Part shown: piece by piece, positions 1-9,097 of the stretch | Layout of the letters: each line of letters starts with the position of its first letter | How positions within the stretch are numbered: the first letter of the stretch is position 1 | Source of the DNA: a virus | Lineage: Duplodnaviria; Caudoviricetes | IMG/VR virus record: IMGVR_UViG_3300020045_001891 | Location: 1 to 44,364 of that record | DNA length: 44,364 nt | Reading direction: 5' to 3' (one strand) | Notes under the pieces: generated by a model | Databases searched by the model: none | What the model was told of the DNA's origin: nothing | What the model saw: only the letters and a program-made list of their open reading frames with translations | Translations under genes and position numbers: made by a program

Positions 1-43
1 AACCGCAAAGCCGCCGATGGGAAGAAATTCTGATTGTTGGGGA

Positions 44-75
44 TTGACCCGCTGTTGGTTTCAACCTAGTGTTGA
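44..75 (+). promoter_or_regulatory. sigma70-type promoter overlapped by 15-bp palindrome
   Basis: TTGACC 44-49, 17 bp, TAGTGT 67-72; TCAACCTAGTGTTGA at 61-75; AGGGAG RBS before ATG 127. Confidence 0.7.
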
Positions 76-126
76 TGGCACAGCGGGTCAGTTGATTCGC
101 ACAGTAGGGAAAAGGGAGTAAGAGTT

Positions 127-756
127 ATGACTGCCAATGGAGTTGATTGGGCCAAGCCTATCGAGGCTGTGGAGAAGGCAACCGGTCGCGTGGTGCCGAT
201 GAAGTTCAGCGAGACTGTGGATATGGGGCGCACGGGAACCATGCACACGACCAGTGAATCGCCAGCGGGAAACAGCAATAACAACTGGTATCCCGATGGC
301 CGCGACTGGTGTTCCAACGACGCATGGTTCATCCGCAACACCGTCACGCCGACTCCCGCAATCGACTGGACCAAGCCGCTGGAACTGGAAGACGGGACTC
401 CGGTGGTGCTGGTCAGTGGTCCTGATGGTGACGGTGACTATCGGTTGATGCGCGAAGATGGTGAAAAGTTCACCGAGACTCAGACTGATTCTACGTATCG
501 CTATTGCCACTGGAAGCAGAACGGTAACCGGATGCGTGGCGAGCAGGGCCTCCGCGTCCGCAACCGCGCAGAACCGAAGCCCGATCTGCACACCATGACA
601 ATCACCGGTATCCCCGTCCCCGAAGGCTTCGCAGAAGTGATGCAGCACACCATCGTAGGCGCAGAAATCACCGGCATCCTGATCGACGCACCGTATTCGA
701 TGCAGATCACCACGCCAAAGGGAACCTTCGAGTTCCGTCTTTCAGAAATCAAGTAA
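127..756 (+). CDS. hypothetical phage protein with tandem DW-x-KP-x-E domains
   Basis: 209 aa, RBS AAGGGAG; VDWAKPIE...FIRN and IDWTKPLE...RVRN. Confidence 0.8.
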   Translation: MTANGVDWAKPIEAVEKATGRVVPMKFSETVDMGRTGTMHTTSESPAGNSNNNWYPDGRDWCSNDAWFIRNTVTPTPAIDWTKPLELEDGTPVVLVSGPDGDGDYRLMREDGEKFTETQTDSTYRYCHWKQNGNRMRGEQGLRVRNRAEPKPDLHTMTITGIPVPEGFAEVMQHTIVGAEITGILIDAPYSMQITTPKGTFEFRLSEIK

Positions 757-778
757 CCACCAGAAGGGAGTAACGATT

Positions 779-1105
779 ATGTCCAGTTTCATTCGCAATC
801 TTCAGCGTCGCGCAGCACGGAAAAACCCTGACTACGAATCGCAGCCACAGGTCACGCAGGTTCGTGATGACGGCAGTTACCGCACACTGCGACCAACGAA
901 GGGTTGGCTCGAAATGTCGGCCATCCGCTATCTGGCAACCATGAAGTTGGCACAGATTCTTGAAAAGGCATATGTGCCGCGCGTGTCGCGGAAGAAGCCG
1001 TCAAAGGTGTGGAAGGAAACGCAGCCCAAGCCGATGGTGCAGGGGCGCGAAACCCGGCAGCAGCTTCGCGCAGCAGCGCGCGGGTATGTGGGAGGAACGC
1101 TGTGA
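779..1105 (+). CDS. hypothetical basic protein
   Basis: 108 aa, RBS AAGGGAG, stop overlaps next start (GTGA). Confidence 0.75.
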   Translation: MSSFIRNLQRRAARKNPDYESQPQVTQVRDDGSYRTLRPTKGWLEMSAIRYLATMKLAQILEKAYVPRVSRKKPSKVWKETQPKPMVQGRETRQQLRAAARGYVGGTL

Positions 1106-1281
1106 TCACCCTGCAACAGATCACCACGTTCCTCAGGAAACACGGTATCGCTGAAACACGCTTCGGGCGTGACGTGGCGAACGATCCCCGTCTGATCGGT
1201 GACATGCGTAACTACGGAAGGGTGCCGCGCGCTGCTATGTGGCAGCGGATGCGGGATTATATGGAGAAGTATGATGGGTGA
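1102..1281 (+). CDS. small Cro-like HTH protein
   Basis: GTG after GGAGG; FLRKHGIAETRFGRDVANDPRLIGDMR resembles a small alphaproteobacterial HTH family (recalled, not searched). Confidence 0.65.
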   Translation: MITLQQITTFLRKHGIAETRFGRDVANDPRLIGDMRNYGRVPRAAMWQRMRDYMEKYDG

Positions 1282-1447
1282 CGCATGGAAGAAATACGCA
1301 GGGGACTTCAACGCAATGTCTGACAAAGCGATTGAATCCGAGTGTCAACGCGCACAGCGGCTTATCGACGAACAGGAAGACTGGCTTGAGGCTGTTGCGT
1401 CGTGGGAAGCAGCAGGCAGGCCGCGCAACAGCGGAGACAACAAATGA
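1271..1447 (+). CDS. hypothetical protein
   Basis: GGAG RBS, overlapping gene chain. Confidence 0.6.
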   Translation: MMGDAWKKYAGDFNAMSDKAIESECQRAQRLIDEQEDWLEAVASWEAAGRPRNSGDNK

Positions 1448-1584
1448 GGACATTTAATCTTTGCGTTGCGCTGTTTTGCGCATTCACAGCAGGACTTAGC
1501 GCCGCTTTGGGCGATACACCTGCTACCATTGCCACCGGAGCGTTCGCGATCCTCAACGGCATCTGCGCATGGAGGTCCGCATGA
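1444..1584 (+). CDS. small membrane protein
   Basis: 46 aa, two hydrophobic stretches, ATGA coupling both sides. Confidence 0.6.
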   Translation: MRTFNLCVALFCAFTAGLSAALGDTPATIATGAFAILNGICAWRSA

Positions 1585-1856
1585 ACAGTCCCGCACTTCC
1601 CCGCTACAGCGACACGCCGTTCATTGCTGTCAATCGACCCGGTGTCGTAGCAGCGCTGAAACACGGCATCAAGGCCACGCTGCCACCGACTGTCGATGGG
1701 ACGCCGTACACACAGCGCGACATCAACGAGATGATCGACCGTGGCTGGGTGACACGGTTCCGCCAGCGGGCACACGACAAGGTGTGGTCCTATGCGCTCA
1801 CCAAACAGGGTGGCGCTGTGGCCGAGGAACTGGGGTTGGTGGGAGACAGGAAATGA
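1581..1856 (+). CDS. hypothetical protein, possible winged-helix C-terminus
   Basis: GGAGG RBS; EMIDRGWV...YALTKQG pattern. Confidence 0.6.
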   Translation: MNSPALPRYSDTPFIAVNRPGVVAALKHGIKATLPPTVDGTPYTQRDINEMIDRGWVTRFRQRAHDKVWSYALTKQGGAVAEELGLVGDRK

Positions 1857-2257
1857 AGAACGCCGTTTCATTTTTCAGCAAGCGCAAAGACGGTGGTGAT
1901 GAAAGTTCCGTCACTGGGTACTTCATCGTCGCTATCAAACCGCTGTTCACCGTCGTCCTTTTGCGGTTCGACGGTGGTAGCCGCGAAGCATTTCACAGTC
2001 ACGCATTCAACTGTTTGTCATGGGTTTTGAAGGGTGAACTACGGGAAGAGATGCGCGATGGTCGTGTCTACCCGTTGCGGCGTTCGCTCTTTCCATTCCT
2101 CACGACGCGCAAGGACTTCCACAAGGTTTCATCTCTGACGGAACGGTCTTGGGTGCTGTCGATCAGGGGACCGTGGGCGAAGACGTGGATGGAACATCTA
2201 CCACTGGAAAACCGGGATCGAACGCTGACACATGGGCGTGTCGAGGTGGTGGGATGA
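1853..2257 (+). CDS. cupin-like phage protein
   Basis: FHSHAFNCLSWVLKGELREE ... FHKV His/Glu pattern; ATGA coupling. Confidence 0.6.
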   Translation: MKNAVSFFSKRKDGGDESSVTGYFIVAIKPLFTVVLLRFDGGSREAFHSHAFNCLSWVLKGELREEMRDGRVYPLRRSLFPFLTTRKDFHKVSSLTERSWVLSIRGPWAKTWMEHLPLENRDRTLTHGRVEVVG

Positions 2258-2532
2258 CCCCGAACTACACAGCATTTAACTGCAACAGTGAAACTCTGTC
2301 GATCCCGGCCAGTATGACCAAGCCCGACCTCGTTCAGTTTGAACTTAGTGATGGGTTCCGCATAGCACTTATGGAAGCCGCGATACTAGAACTGAAGTGC
2401 ATTAATGAATCAGCAGAAGAACGCATCGCCGCAGCACTGCTTCAGATCGAACAGGGTCTATCGACCTACGACCGCCACGAGAAACAGGCTTGTTTGAAGT
2501 CTGTGCGTGACATCTTGAAAGGGGCTAAGTGA
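2254..2532 (+). CDS. hypothetical protein
   Basis: ATGA overlap, GAGG RBS. Confidence 0.6.
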   Translation: MTPNYTAFNCNSETLSIPASMTKPDLVQFELSDGFRIALMEAAILELKCINESAEERIAAALLQIEQGLSTYDRHEKQACLKSVRDILKGAK

Positions 2533-2534
2533 AA

Positions 2535-2693
2535 ATGGTTACCGGACTCATGTGTGGGGCACTTTTGTTCCTGCTGATTATGGTCACGGCGTTTGCCGTC
2601 GATCCGTTCAAGCCTTTCGATTTCACTGCTGTTTGCACCGTAATGGGAGTGTGTCTGTTTGTTGGCGGCTTCTGGGGGTGGGCCGTAGCATGA
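2535..2693 (+). CDS. small two-TM membrane protein (not in ORF track)
   Basis: MVTGLMCGALLFLLIMVTAFAVDPFKPFDFTAVCTVMGVCLFVGGFWGWAVA*, fills the gap, ATGA overlap with next gene. Confidence 0.6.
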   Translation: MVTGLMCGALLFLLIMVTAFAVDPFKPFDFTAVCTVMGVCLFVGGFWGWAVA

Positions 2694-2863
2694 TCCAATC
2701 AATCGCACGCATCGCACTGGCAGTGTTTCTGCTCGGCAGCATCATCGTGGCTCTGGTGAGACACGGCAACACCGTTCCGACTTTCCGTTTCCACGCAGGG
2801 ATCTACGTTCCTGCGATGGTAGGTGAGGCGTTGCTGGTGTGGTTGGCGGGAGGATGGGGGTGA
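2690..2863 (+). CDS. small membrane protein
   Basis: MIQSIARIALAVFLLGSIIVALV..., two hydrophobic segments. Confidence 0.6.
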   Translation: MIQSIARIALAVFLLGSIIVALVRHGNTVPTFRFHAGIYVPAMVGEALLVWLAGGWG

Positions 2864-3255
2864 TGACGAAAGACAATTGGCAGTGGTGGTCAGGCACCGA
2901 CGACGAATATTTCACCAATGGACCGTTCGACACGCGCAAAGAGGCAATCGAAGCGCTCGACGGTGAAGGTGGTCACATCATCGAAGCCGAACGATACCCA
3001 ATCAAGTTCAGCGCGAAACGGCTGATCGAACGTCAGTATCTCGACTGCGACGACTACTTTAGCGGTGAATATGCTGAAGCAGCACGCGCTGGCAGTGAAG
3101 ATTTCGTAGCGGCTGCCGATGCTGAGTTGCAGGAATTTCTCGATTTGTGGACCGTGAAGTGGGCAGCCAGTTTCGTACAGCCGGAGATGTTTTGTCGCCA
3201 GCGCAATGCTGAGTACATTCCTGAGGATGGGGATGATGAGGGGGAACCGGAATGA
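2863..3255 (+). CDS. hypothetical acidic protein
   Basis: GGAGG RBS; WWSGTDDEYFTNGPFDTRKEAI. Confidence 0.7.
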   Translation: MTKDNWQWWSGTDDEYFTNGPFDTRKEAIEALDGEGGHIIEAERYPIKFSAKRLIERQYLDCDDYFSGEYAEAARAGSEDFVAAADAELQEFLDLWTVKWAASFVQPEMFCRQRNAEYIPEDGDDEGEPE

Positions 3256-3530
3256 CCACCGCGCTTGAAGAAGGTTGGTATGCCTTCGACTATGTTGAAG
3301 AGTCGACAGAAGCCGGTCGCCGGATCGACATGGAGGGTCGCATGGGGCCTTACGGTCGCCGCAGTCTCGCCCAGTATGAGGCGGACGACTGGCACCGCAG
3401 TTACATTGCGCACTGGACTGGTACGGAATGGAGCGAAATCATCCCTACTCAGGATAGCGCCGCCCCTGCTTCCCCTCCCCTCCCCGCATCCACACCCAAT
3501 CACGCATCGACAGCTTCGCAGAGGCGCTGA
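3252..3530 (+). CDS. hypothetical protein
   Basis: ATGA coupling; low-complexity Pro/Ser C-terminus. Confidence 0.5.
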   Translation: MTTALEEGWYAFDYVEESTEAGRRIDMEGRMGPYGRRSLAQYEADDWHRSYIAHWTGTEWSEIIPTQDSAAPASPPLPASTPNHASTASQRR

Positions 3531-3742
3531 CCAACACCGCTATCGGGTTTCTGGTTTCGCTGGTGACGTGGATCGTTGTTGCGCGGATGTATGGGATTCC
3601 CATGTCGGCGTCTACCAGTTTGAGCATAACGGCGATTTTCACCGTGGTTAGTGTTGCGCGGCAGTACATTCTCCGGCGTCTCTTTGATGGGCGGTCGCCG
3701 TGGCAGGCAATCAACGCTTGCATGTCCCGCGTTTCACGTTAG
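3488..3742 (+). pseudogene. two-TM phage membrane protein frame lacking a canonical start
   Basis: frame reads TQSRIDSFAEALTNTAIGFLVSLVTWIVVARMYGIP...IFTVVSVARQYILRRLFD; in-frame TAG at 3455 and no ATG/GTG/TTG before TQS. Confidence 0.5.
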
Positions 3743-3748
3743 GGTTGA
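3718..3748 (+). promoter_or_regulatory. promoter with 15-bp palindrome
   Basis: TTGCAT 3718, TAGGGT 3740; TCACGTTAGGGTTGA 3734-3748. Confidence 0.55.
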
Positions 3749-3773
3749 AACAGCAATTAGGGAGTGATTCGCG

Positions 3774-3935
3774 ATGCGCCGTAAACTTGAACCGCCAGTG
3801 GGTGTTCGTGTGAACGTGACCCACCCTCGCCTGTCCGATGAAATGCTGTCTCGCGTCGCGGACTCTCCCGCTGGACGAAGAGCCGCAAAAGAATTGGCAG
3901 CGAGACCGTGGAAGCGCGGTTTCGCAGATAAATAG
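3774..3935 (+). CDS. small basic protein (not in ORF track)
   Basis: TAGGGAG RBS; MRRKLEPPVGVRVNVTHPRLSDEMLSRVADSPAGRRAAKELAARPWKRGFADK*. Confidence 0.65.
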   Translation: MRRKLEPPVGVRVNVTHPRLSDEMLSRVADSPAGRRAAKELAARPWKRGFADK

Positions 3936-3947
3936 GGAGTGAGTTAG

Positions 3948-4298
3948 ATGGCAGAAACACCGCCACCCTGTCCCGCTGGGTTTAAGCACTTCTTCTACAG
4001 CGGCCAGTGCGTCATCTGCGACACGTTGTTGCCCTGCTGCAAGAACTGCGCGTCATGCTGGACAAGTCTCTGTGCTGACGGTCGCAGCATCTACCACTGC
4101 GGCCACGGTGTCGATGACTCAAGCCTTGGTGGTGTTTCCGACACCAACCCCGAGTGGGCGAACATCAAGTACAGCCGCGAGAACCTGTTCGGCGTGATCC
4201 AAGGAAAGCCCGAACTGCCAAACACAGACTGCGAGGATCTGAGTCCTGAGTTTGGACGACGGTGCGCAGTGTTTTCATTCAGGGAGACAGCACAATGA
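3948..4298 (+). CDS. Cys-rich hypothetical protein
   Basis: TAGGGAG RBS; CVIC, CKNC, CAVF. Confidence 0.7.
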   Translation: MAETPPPCPAGFKHFFYSGQCVICDTLLPCCKNCASCWTSLCADGRSIYHCGHGVDDSSLGGVSDTNPEWANIKYSRENLFGVIQGKPELPNTDCEDLSPEFGRRCAVFSFRETAQ

Positions 4299-4510
4299 CC
4301 GATTTCGAACGCATCACCTTGATCGGTGGCCCGCACCACGGAACCGAGATGAAGTGGGACGGCGGCAACGTCGTAACGGTCCAAACCCTGCCACCCACCA
4401 CGTTGCTGTCAAACGCAACACAGTCATTCCGCGAACTAATGGTCCGCAAGCACAGATACCAGCGAGACCCGGTCGAACGTGACGTGTTTCGCTTTGTTGG
4501 GGAGAATTGA
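4295..4510 (+). CDS. hypothetical protein
   Basis: AGGGAG RBS; LIGGPHHG motif. Confidence 0.65.
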   Translation: MTDFERITLIGGPHHGTEMKWDGGNVVTVQTLPPTTLLSNATQSFRELMVRKHRYQRDPVERDVFRFVGEN

Positions 4511-4511
4511 G

Positions 4512-4748
4512 ATGACTCACGGCTACGTCATCCAGATCGGCCCACCGGAGAACCCCAATTACTTCACCGGCATCAGCTACGCAGTCGAACTGAACGACGC
4601 CAAGGTGTTTCGGACGGCTCGCGGTGCCAAGGTTGCCAGCCACATCTGGCAGTACGCAGACTATGGGCGTCCGATACCGGGGACATGGTTCAAACACCGT
4701 CGCGCCGTTGCTGTGTCGCTTGTGCTTACACAGGGAGAATTATTGTGA
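4512..4748 (+). CDS. hypothetical protein
   Basis: GGGAG RBS, gene chain. Confidence 0.6.
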   Translation: MTHGYVIQIGPPENPNYFTGISYAVELNDAKVFRTARGAKVASHIWQYADYGRPIPGTWFKHRRAVAVSLVLTQGELL

Positions 4749-5029
4749 GCATCGAGACCACCGCGCAAACATACTACGTGGTCAAGGTGTTCCTGAATCC
4801 AGCGCACGGCAACAGAGAAGGAAAGTGGGAGTGGTTGGCAGTCGATTCGGGCTATTGCTCGCACTCGGCTCTCGAATATGGTGCATTCAAATTCGAAGAA
4901 GAGCCTCCAATCACTGCTATTCGCGAGTACTCAGGTCGCCCTTGGTACTGTAGACATGACCTTGAAGTACCACCTCGCATCTTCCGCGTAACCGAGACGC
5001 ACACCGTTCAGAAGGATGAAGTTCTGTGA
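4745..5029 (+). CDS. hypothetical protein
   Basis: GTG start after AGGGAG, GTGA overlaps. Confidence 0.6.
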   Translation: MSIETTAQTYYVVKVFLNPAHGNREGKWEWLAVDSGYCSHSALEYGAFKFEEEPPITAIREYSGRPWYCRHDLEVPPRIFRVTETHTVQKDEVL

Positions 5030-5868
5030 TGAACACCTACCACGATTACCCGTATCTCGATCTGCTCGACACTGTGCGCCGAACCGGCGTCTACCGTGAA
5101 GGTCGCAACGGCGGAACGTACGGACTCTTCGGCCACCAGATGCGCTTCAATCTGCGCAAGGGTTTCCCGTTGCTGACGACGAAGAAGGTTCACTGGAAGT
5201 CGGTGGCGGTTGAACTGCTATGGTTTCTGCGGGGCGACACGAATGTCGAATATCTGCAAGAGCGTGGCGTGACGATCTGGAACGAATGGGCCAATGAAGA
5301 CGGTGAACTGGGACCGGTCTATGGCGCTCAGTGGCGCAACTGGGAAGGTCCGACAAGATGGGTTGGCGGCTATATGGCACCGGGCCATATGTTCGACCAG
5401 ATCCGCAACGTCGTCGAAGCGCTGAAGCGCGACCCCTACTCCCGCCGACACATCGTGACCGCGTGGAATCCGGCTCAGATCGACGATATGAAGTTGCCAC
5501 CGTGTCACTGCTTGTTCCAGTTCTTCGTCAGCGACGGGCGACTGTCGTGCCAACTCTACCAGCGTTCGGCTGACGTGTTCCTTGGGATTCCGTTCAACAT
5601 CGCTAGTTACGCGCTGCTGACGCATCTGGTGGCAGCAGACGTGGGACTGGAAGTCGGTGACTTTGTGCATTCGTTTGGGGATTGCCACTTATACGCCAAC
5701 CATGTCGAACAGGCGATTGAGCAGTGCGGCCGCAACCCGTTGCCGTCGCCCACGTTGGTGGTGAACAGCGAGGGTAAGTCGATCCTCGACGGCAGTTACG
5801 AGTGGACGGATTTCACACTGGAAGGCTACGAGCCGCATCCGGCGATCAAGGCAGAGGTAAGTGTATGA
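5026..5868 (+). CDS. thyA: thymidylate synthase
   Basis: [56 protein letters not shown]. Confidence 0.97.
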   Translation: MMNTYHDYPYLDLLDTVRRTGVYREGRNGGTYGLFGHQMRFNLRKGFPLLTTKKVHWKSVAVELLWFLRGDTNVEYLQERGVTIWNEWANEDGELGPVYGAQWRNWEGPTRWVGGYMAPGHMFDQIRNVVEALKRDPYSRRHIVTAWNPAQIDDMKLPPCHCLFQFFVSDGRLSCQLYQRSADVFLGIPFNIASYALLTHLVAADVGLEVGDFVHSFGDCHLYANHVEQAIEQCGRNPLPSPTLVVNSEGKSILDGSYEWTDFTLEGYEPHPAIKAEVSV

Positions 5869-6101
5869 CGACCTTTAACGAAGTCTCAGCAGCCCTTCAG
5901 GAAAAACGCCTCGCTCAATGCAAGGCAGAGGCTTGCAGGATCGCTGACAAATGTGTTCCGAGATACCGAAACGGGCGCACAAGTTACTCATGCTACAGCA
6001 CTACAGCGCAACTCTGGCAGGCAGCATGGGACGGCGCAATCGAGGCAATGGATTATGACAGCGACCAGTTCAAAATCTCCGCGACCCTACAGGATTCTTG
6101 A
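5865..6101 (+). CDS. hypothetical protein
   Basis: GAGG RBS, coupled to thyA stop. Confidence 0.55.
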   Translation: MTTFNEVSAALQEKRLAQCKAEACRIADKCVPRYRNGRTSYSCYSTTAQLWQAAWDGAIEAMDYDSDQFKISATLQDS

Positions 6102-6441
6102 CGAAATGCTGTGGCGGGTAGACCCAGAAATCGACGCTCTGCGGAAACTCCCATTCTGGAAAGAGTTTCACCGCGAGTCAGGGAAACGCGGACTCTGCGT
6201 TGATCGGCCACAGAAGGTCGGGCGACAGTGCGTCTGTGTTGCGTTCACGCCCCAGAAGACCGACCAAGGTGGATGGGTGTGTTACGAACTGTCGCGCGGT
6301 GAAGGGAAGACACCCTTGGCAGCGATGGAGGACGCCTACCGTAAATCGGGACGGTGCGACGCCGAACTCGATACGCTGTGGGAGAAGGTCTGTGGTCGCT
6401 GGGTTGAGCCAGTGGACGATTTTGCAGCGCTTTTCGATTGA
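6055..6441 (+). CDS. hypothetical protein ending DDFAALFD
   Basis: ORF ends at the next promoter; start uncertain. Confidence 0.6.
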   Translation: MTATSSKSPRPYRILDEMLWRVDPEIDALRKLPFWKEFHRESGKRGLCVDRPQKVGRQCVCVAFTPQKTDQGGWVCYELSRGEGKTPLAAMEDAYRKSGRCDAELDTLWEKVCGRWVEPVDDFAALFD

Positions 6442-6469
6442 CGGTGTTGCTGTTTCAACTTAAGGTTGA
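6438..6469 (+). promoter_or_regulatory. promoter with 15-bp palindrome
   Basis: TTGACG 6438, 17 bp, TAAGGT 6461; TCAACTTAAGGTTGA 6455-6469. Confidence 0.7.
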
Positions 6470-6497
6470 TGGGTAACACGAAGGGAGTGATTCTGAT

Positions 6498-6845
6498 ATG
6501 ACCACCACCGACACCGAAGTTGTGGAACTGAAGCCGTGCCCGTTTTGCCAGCAACCATTGTCTGTCACCACCCGTATCAACCCAACCGCCCGCTGTGACA
6601 CAGAAGGATGCTGGGTGCATGAAAGCAAGTTCGCAATACCAGTTGACAGCCCACTTATGGTTGCCCGCTGGAACACCCGCGCCCTGACCCCTGCACAAGC
6701 AGCGGGGCCGGTGTTGCTGGAGGCCGCAAAAGCATTGATAAAGCGTGTGGAGAATTACAAGTCAGGCGTAATCCGCGTTTCAGGAACGCATGAGTGCCGC
6801 GCCCTTCATCACGCCATCACCCAAGCAGAAGGGCCGCAAGCATGA
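6498..6845 (+). CDS. Lar-family (restriction alleviation-like) zinc-finger protein
   Basis: ELKPCPFC...C...C...WNTRA signature; AAGGGAG RBS. Confidence 0.65.
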   Translation: MTTTDTEVVELKPCPFCQQPLSVTTRINPTARCDTEGCWVHESKFAIPVDSPLMVARWNTRALTPAQAAGPVLLEAAKALIKRVENYKSGVIRVSGTHECRALHHAITQAEGPQA

Positions 6846-6943
6846 ACAGTAATTCATGGTCCGACGATGGCGTCGGGTGTCTTGCCCTGCTGGCTTTCAT
6901 GGCAGGCTTCTTCCTGTGCGCTTGGTGGTATGGGATCGTATGA
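6842..6943 (+). CDS. 33-aa single-TM peptide (not in ORF track)
   Basis: MNSNSWSDDGVGCLALLAFMAGFFLCAWWYGIV*, ATGA overlaps on both sides. Confidence 0.55.
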   Translation: MNSNSWSDDGVGCLALLAFMAGFFLCAWWYGIV

Positions 6944-7233
6944 TGGAAAGGACCGCAGGCATGAGCGAGGAATCTATGGAACTGGCAGGCCGTGTCGTGC
7001 TTGCAAACGCAGGGGGTGGACCAGACGCAGCCGCCGCAGTCATCGCAGCCGCTATGGCAGCAGACAAAGATGAGATTGCCAAATTAAGGCGGGAACTCGC
7101 AACCACGCGGTTGAGTGGCGTTCTTGATTGGCTTGCAGAAGACGGAGAACGCGCGCTCGATCTGAAAGCCGAACTTGGGGTGGAAGGTTTAGCCAGACTT
7201 CGCCAAGCCTTGGAGACACCCCATGCAGGATGA
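6940..7233 (+). CDS. hypothetical protein
   Basis: gene chain; start uncertain (6940/6961). Confidence 0.55.
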   Translation: MMERTAGMSEESMELAGRVVLANAGGGPDAAAAVIAAAMAADKDEIAKLRRELATTRLSGVLDWLAEDGERALDLKAELGVEGLARLRQALETPHAG

Positions 7234-7540
7234 ACATAACGTGCGGGAGGTGCTGGAAGGGGCGTTCGTCGCGATTCATGGCTGGCGAAAGCGTGAGAAG
7301 TCTCCCGGATATTGGGAACATCACCCTCTTTGGTTCCGCTTCCGGCGCTTCCTCGCCGCCGAAGCCTACCTAGACGCGGCGATGATGCTCATTCCGAGCG
7401 AGCACTGGGGTTACCAGATCATGCCGTTTTTCTGCGTCCTACGACACCCTGAGAAGCGTGAAGGTGACGTAGAAGCGCACGGCACACACCCCGCCATCGC
7501 CCTAGCCACCGCCGCCCTGAAAGCAAAGGAAATGCCATGA
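7223..7540 (+). CDS. hypothetical protein
   Basis: GGAG RBS; LDAAMMLIP...PAIALATAALKA motif. Confidence 0.65.
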   Translation: MQDEHNVREVLEGAFVAIHGWRKREKSPGYWEHHPLWFRFRRFLAAEAYLDAAMMLIPSEHWGYQIMPFFCVLRHPEKREGDVEAHGTHPAIALATAALKAKEMP

Positions 7541-7956
7541 CCGACAAGCCAGACTACATGCAGAAGGTGCGGGATGATTTAGGCGCGGGCGGCAACCCGG
7601 TGGCGGTTCTTCTGTTAGCCCACACCCTCGAAGCCCTCGACACCGAACGCGAAAGCTCAATTGGGTGGGCATCACAATTCCGGCGAGAAGTTGAGAGCCA
7701 TGAGGAGACGAAGGCAGAGTTGCAGGCGTTGCGGGAACGTGTGGCGCAGATATGCAAAAATTGGGTTATGACACCCGGCGCTGAAATTCTTGAAAGCCTG
7801 CGCTCTCTACTCCCCGCACCCGATCCGTTGGTGCAGGCAGTAAAGGAATGCGGCTATGCAACGCTCGACCAGATCGAGCCAGAGTTTGCAGCAGACCTAC
7901 GCGCAGCCCTCACCCGCCACGGCCTGACAATCTCAGCCATCGGAGGCAAGCAATGA
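7537..7956 (+). CDS. hypothetical protein
   Basis: AAGGA RBS, ATGA coupling. Confidence 0.65.
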   Translation: MTDKPDYMQKVRDDLGAGGNPVAVLLLAHTLEALDTERESSIGWASQFRREVESHEETKAELQALRERVAQICKNWVMTPGAEILESLRSLLPAPDPLVQAVKECGYATLDQIEPEFAADLRAALTRHGLTISAIGGKQ

Positions 7957-8639
7957 CACCAATCGGATTATCAGGTTTCGCCAAATCGGGCAAAACCACC
8001 GCCGCCGAATACCTGCAACGCGAATACGGTTGCACGCGGCTGCACATCGCAGATACGCTTAGGTCGATGCTGAACGTCCTTCTGGGCGATCTTGGCCTGA
8101 CGTTTGCCGAATCCAAACGCTACCTCGAAGGCGACCTGAAGGAAGCCGTCATCCCCGAACTAGGCGTCACGTCGCGCCACGCACAGATCAGCCTTGGAAC
8201 CGAGTGGGGCCGCAACCATATCCACCCCGACCTGTGGCAGCGTTGCTGGGAAGCGCGGGCAGCGCGTCTACCATCTGGCCTTGCCATGAACGACTCGGTC
8301 CGCTTCCCCAACGAGGAAGCAGGCATCCGTAACCGCAACGGCATCACGATTATGATCGTGCGGCCCGGTGTCGGCCCTGCTGCGTTTAAGGGTCGCGTTG
8401 GTCGCTGGCTCTACCAGACATTCGGCGTGATGTGGGGCGTCCACGATTCCGAGCGCGTGGATCGGTTGAACCCCGACTTCGTGATCCACAACACAGGGTC
8501 GCTGGATGACCTGTATCGCATGATCGACCGGGTTATGGAGATGTGGGACAGTGAGCGCAAACATGGTTGGTACGCCATTGAAGCCCGAATAGGCACCACC
8601 GCCGGCCCTACGGTAATTCGACCAGAGATGTTGCGTTGA
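7953..8639 (+). CDS. deoxynucleoside monophosphate kinase
   Basis: IGLSGFAKSGKTT P-loop, LGTEWGR, DSVRFPNE, HDSE. Confidence 0.9.
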   Translation: MTPIGLSGFAKSGKTTAAEYLQREYGCTRLHIADTLRSMLNVLLGDLGLTFAESKRYLEGDLKEAVIPELGVTSRHAQISLGTEWGRNHIHPDLWQRCWEARAARLPSGLAMNDSVRFPNEEAGIRNRNGITIMIVRPGVGPAAFKGRVGRWLYQTFGVMWGVHDSERVDRLNPDFVIHNTGSLDDLYRMIDRVMEMWDSERKHGWYAIEARIGTTAGPTVIRPEMLR

Positions 8640-8662
8640 GCGGCGTTTCACCTTTATAGTGA
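8631..8662 (+). promoter_or_regulatory. promoter with 15-bp palindrome
   Basis: TTGCGT 8631, TATAGT 8655; TCACCTTTATAGTGA 8648-8662. Confidence 0.6.
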
Positions 8663-8685
8663 CCCACCAACTAGGGAGCAACGCA

Positions 8686-8910
8686 GTGACCAATCTGGCA
8701 GAAGCGCCGCCACTACCCGACTATCGCTTCGGGCAACTTATCAAAGGCGAGTTCTTTGCATATGGGCGCGGACTCACCATTAACCCGACACACCTGCCAT
8801 CGGCGCTGGACGCCATGTTGCGCGATGGTTGGGATCTGCATTCGATCTTCGGCAAGACCGACTCCGCCGAAATAGGCTTCATCTTCAAAAGGATTAACGA
8901 TGCAAATTGA
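8686..8910 (+). CDS. hypothetical protein
   Basis: TAGGGAG RBS, GTG start. Confidence 0.65.
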   Translation: MTNLAEAPPLPDYRFGQLIKGEFFAYGRGLTINPTHLPSALDAMLRDGWDLHSIFGKTDSAEIGFIFKRINDAN

Positions 8911-9097
8911 CATCGACGACGTGCGCAACGCAGTGGCAGATGAACTGGAAAAGGTCGGCCACGGCAACAACCTTTTCGTCCGCAGCGTTCGTGAAGGTGG
9001 TCAGGACGACGGGCCGTTTATGCGCGGCGCTTTTGCTGTGCTGGATCTGATTGAGCGCCGCAACATCGCACCACTGGAATCCGATGACATCCTTTGA
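8900..9097 (+). CDS. hypothetical protein
   Basis: AAGGA RBS; VREGGQDDGPFMRGA. Confidence 0.65.
   Translation: MQIDIDDVRNAVADELEKVGHGNNLFVRSVREGGQDDGPFMRGAFAVLDLIERRNIAPLESDDIL

Noticed and set aside
5026-5868. ThyA as a base-modifying dUMP/dCMP hydroxymethylase
   Set aside because: Canonical ThyA motifs including PFNIASY are intact and no hypermodification genes are visible in the window
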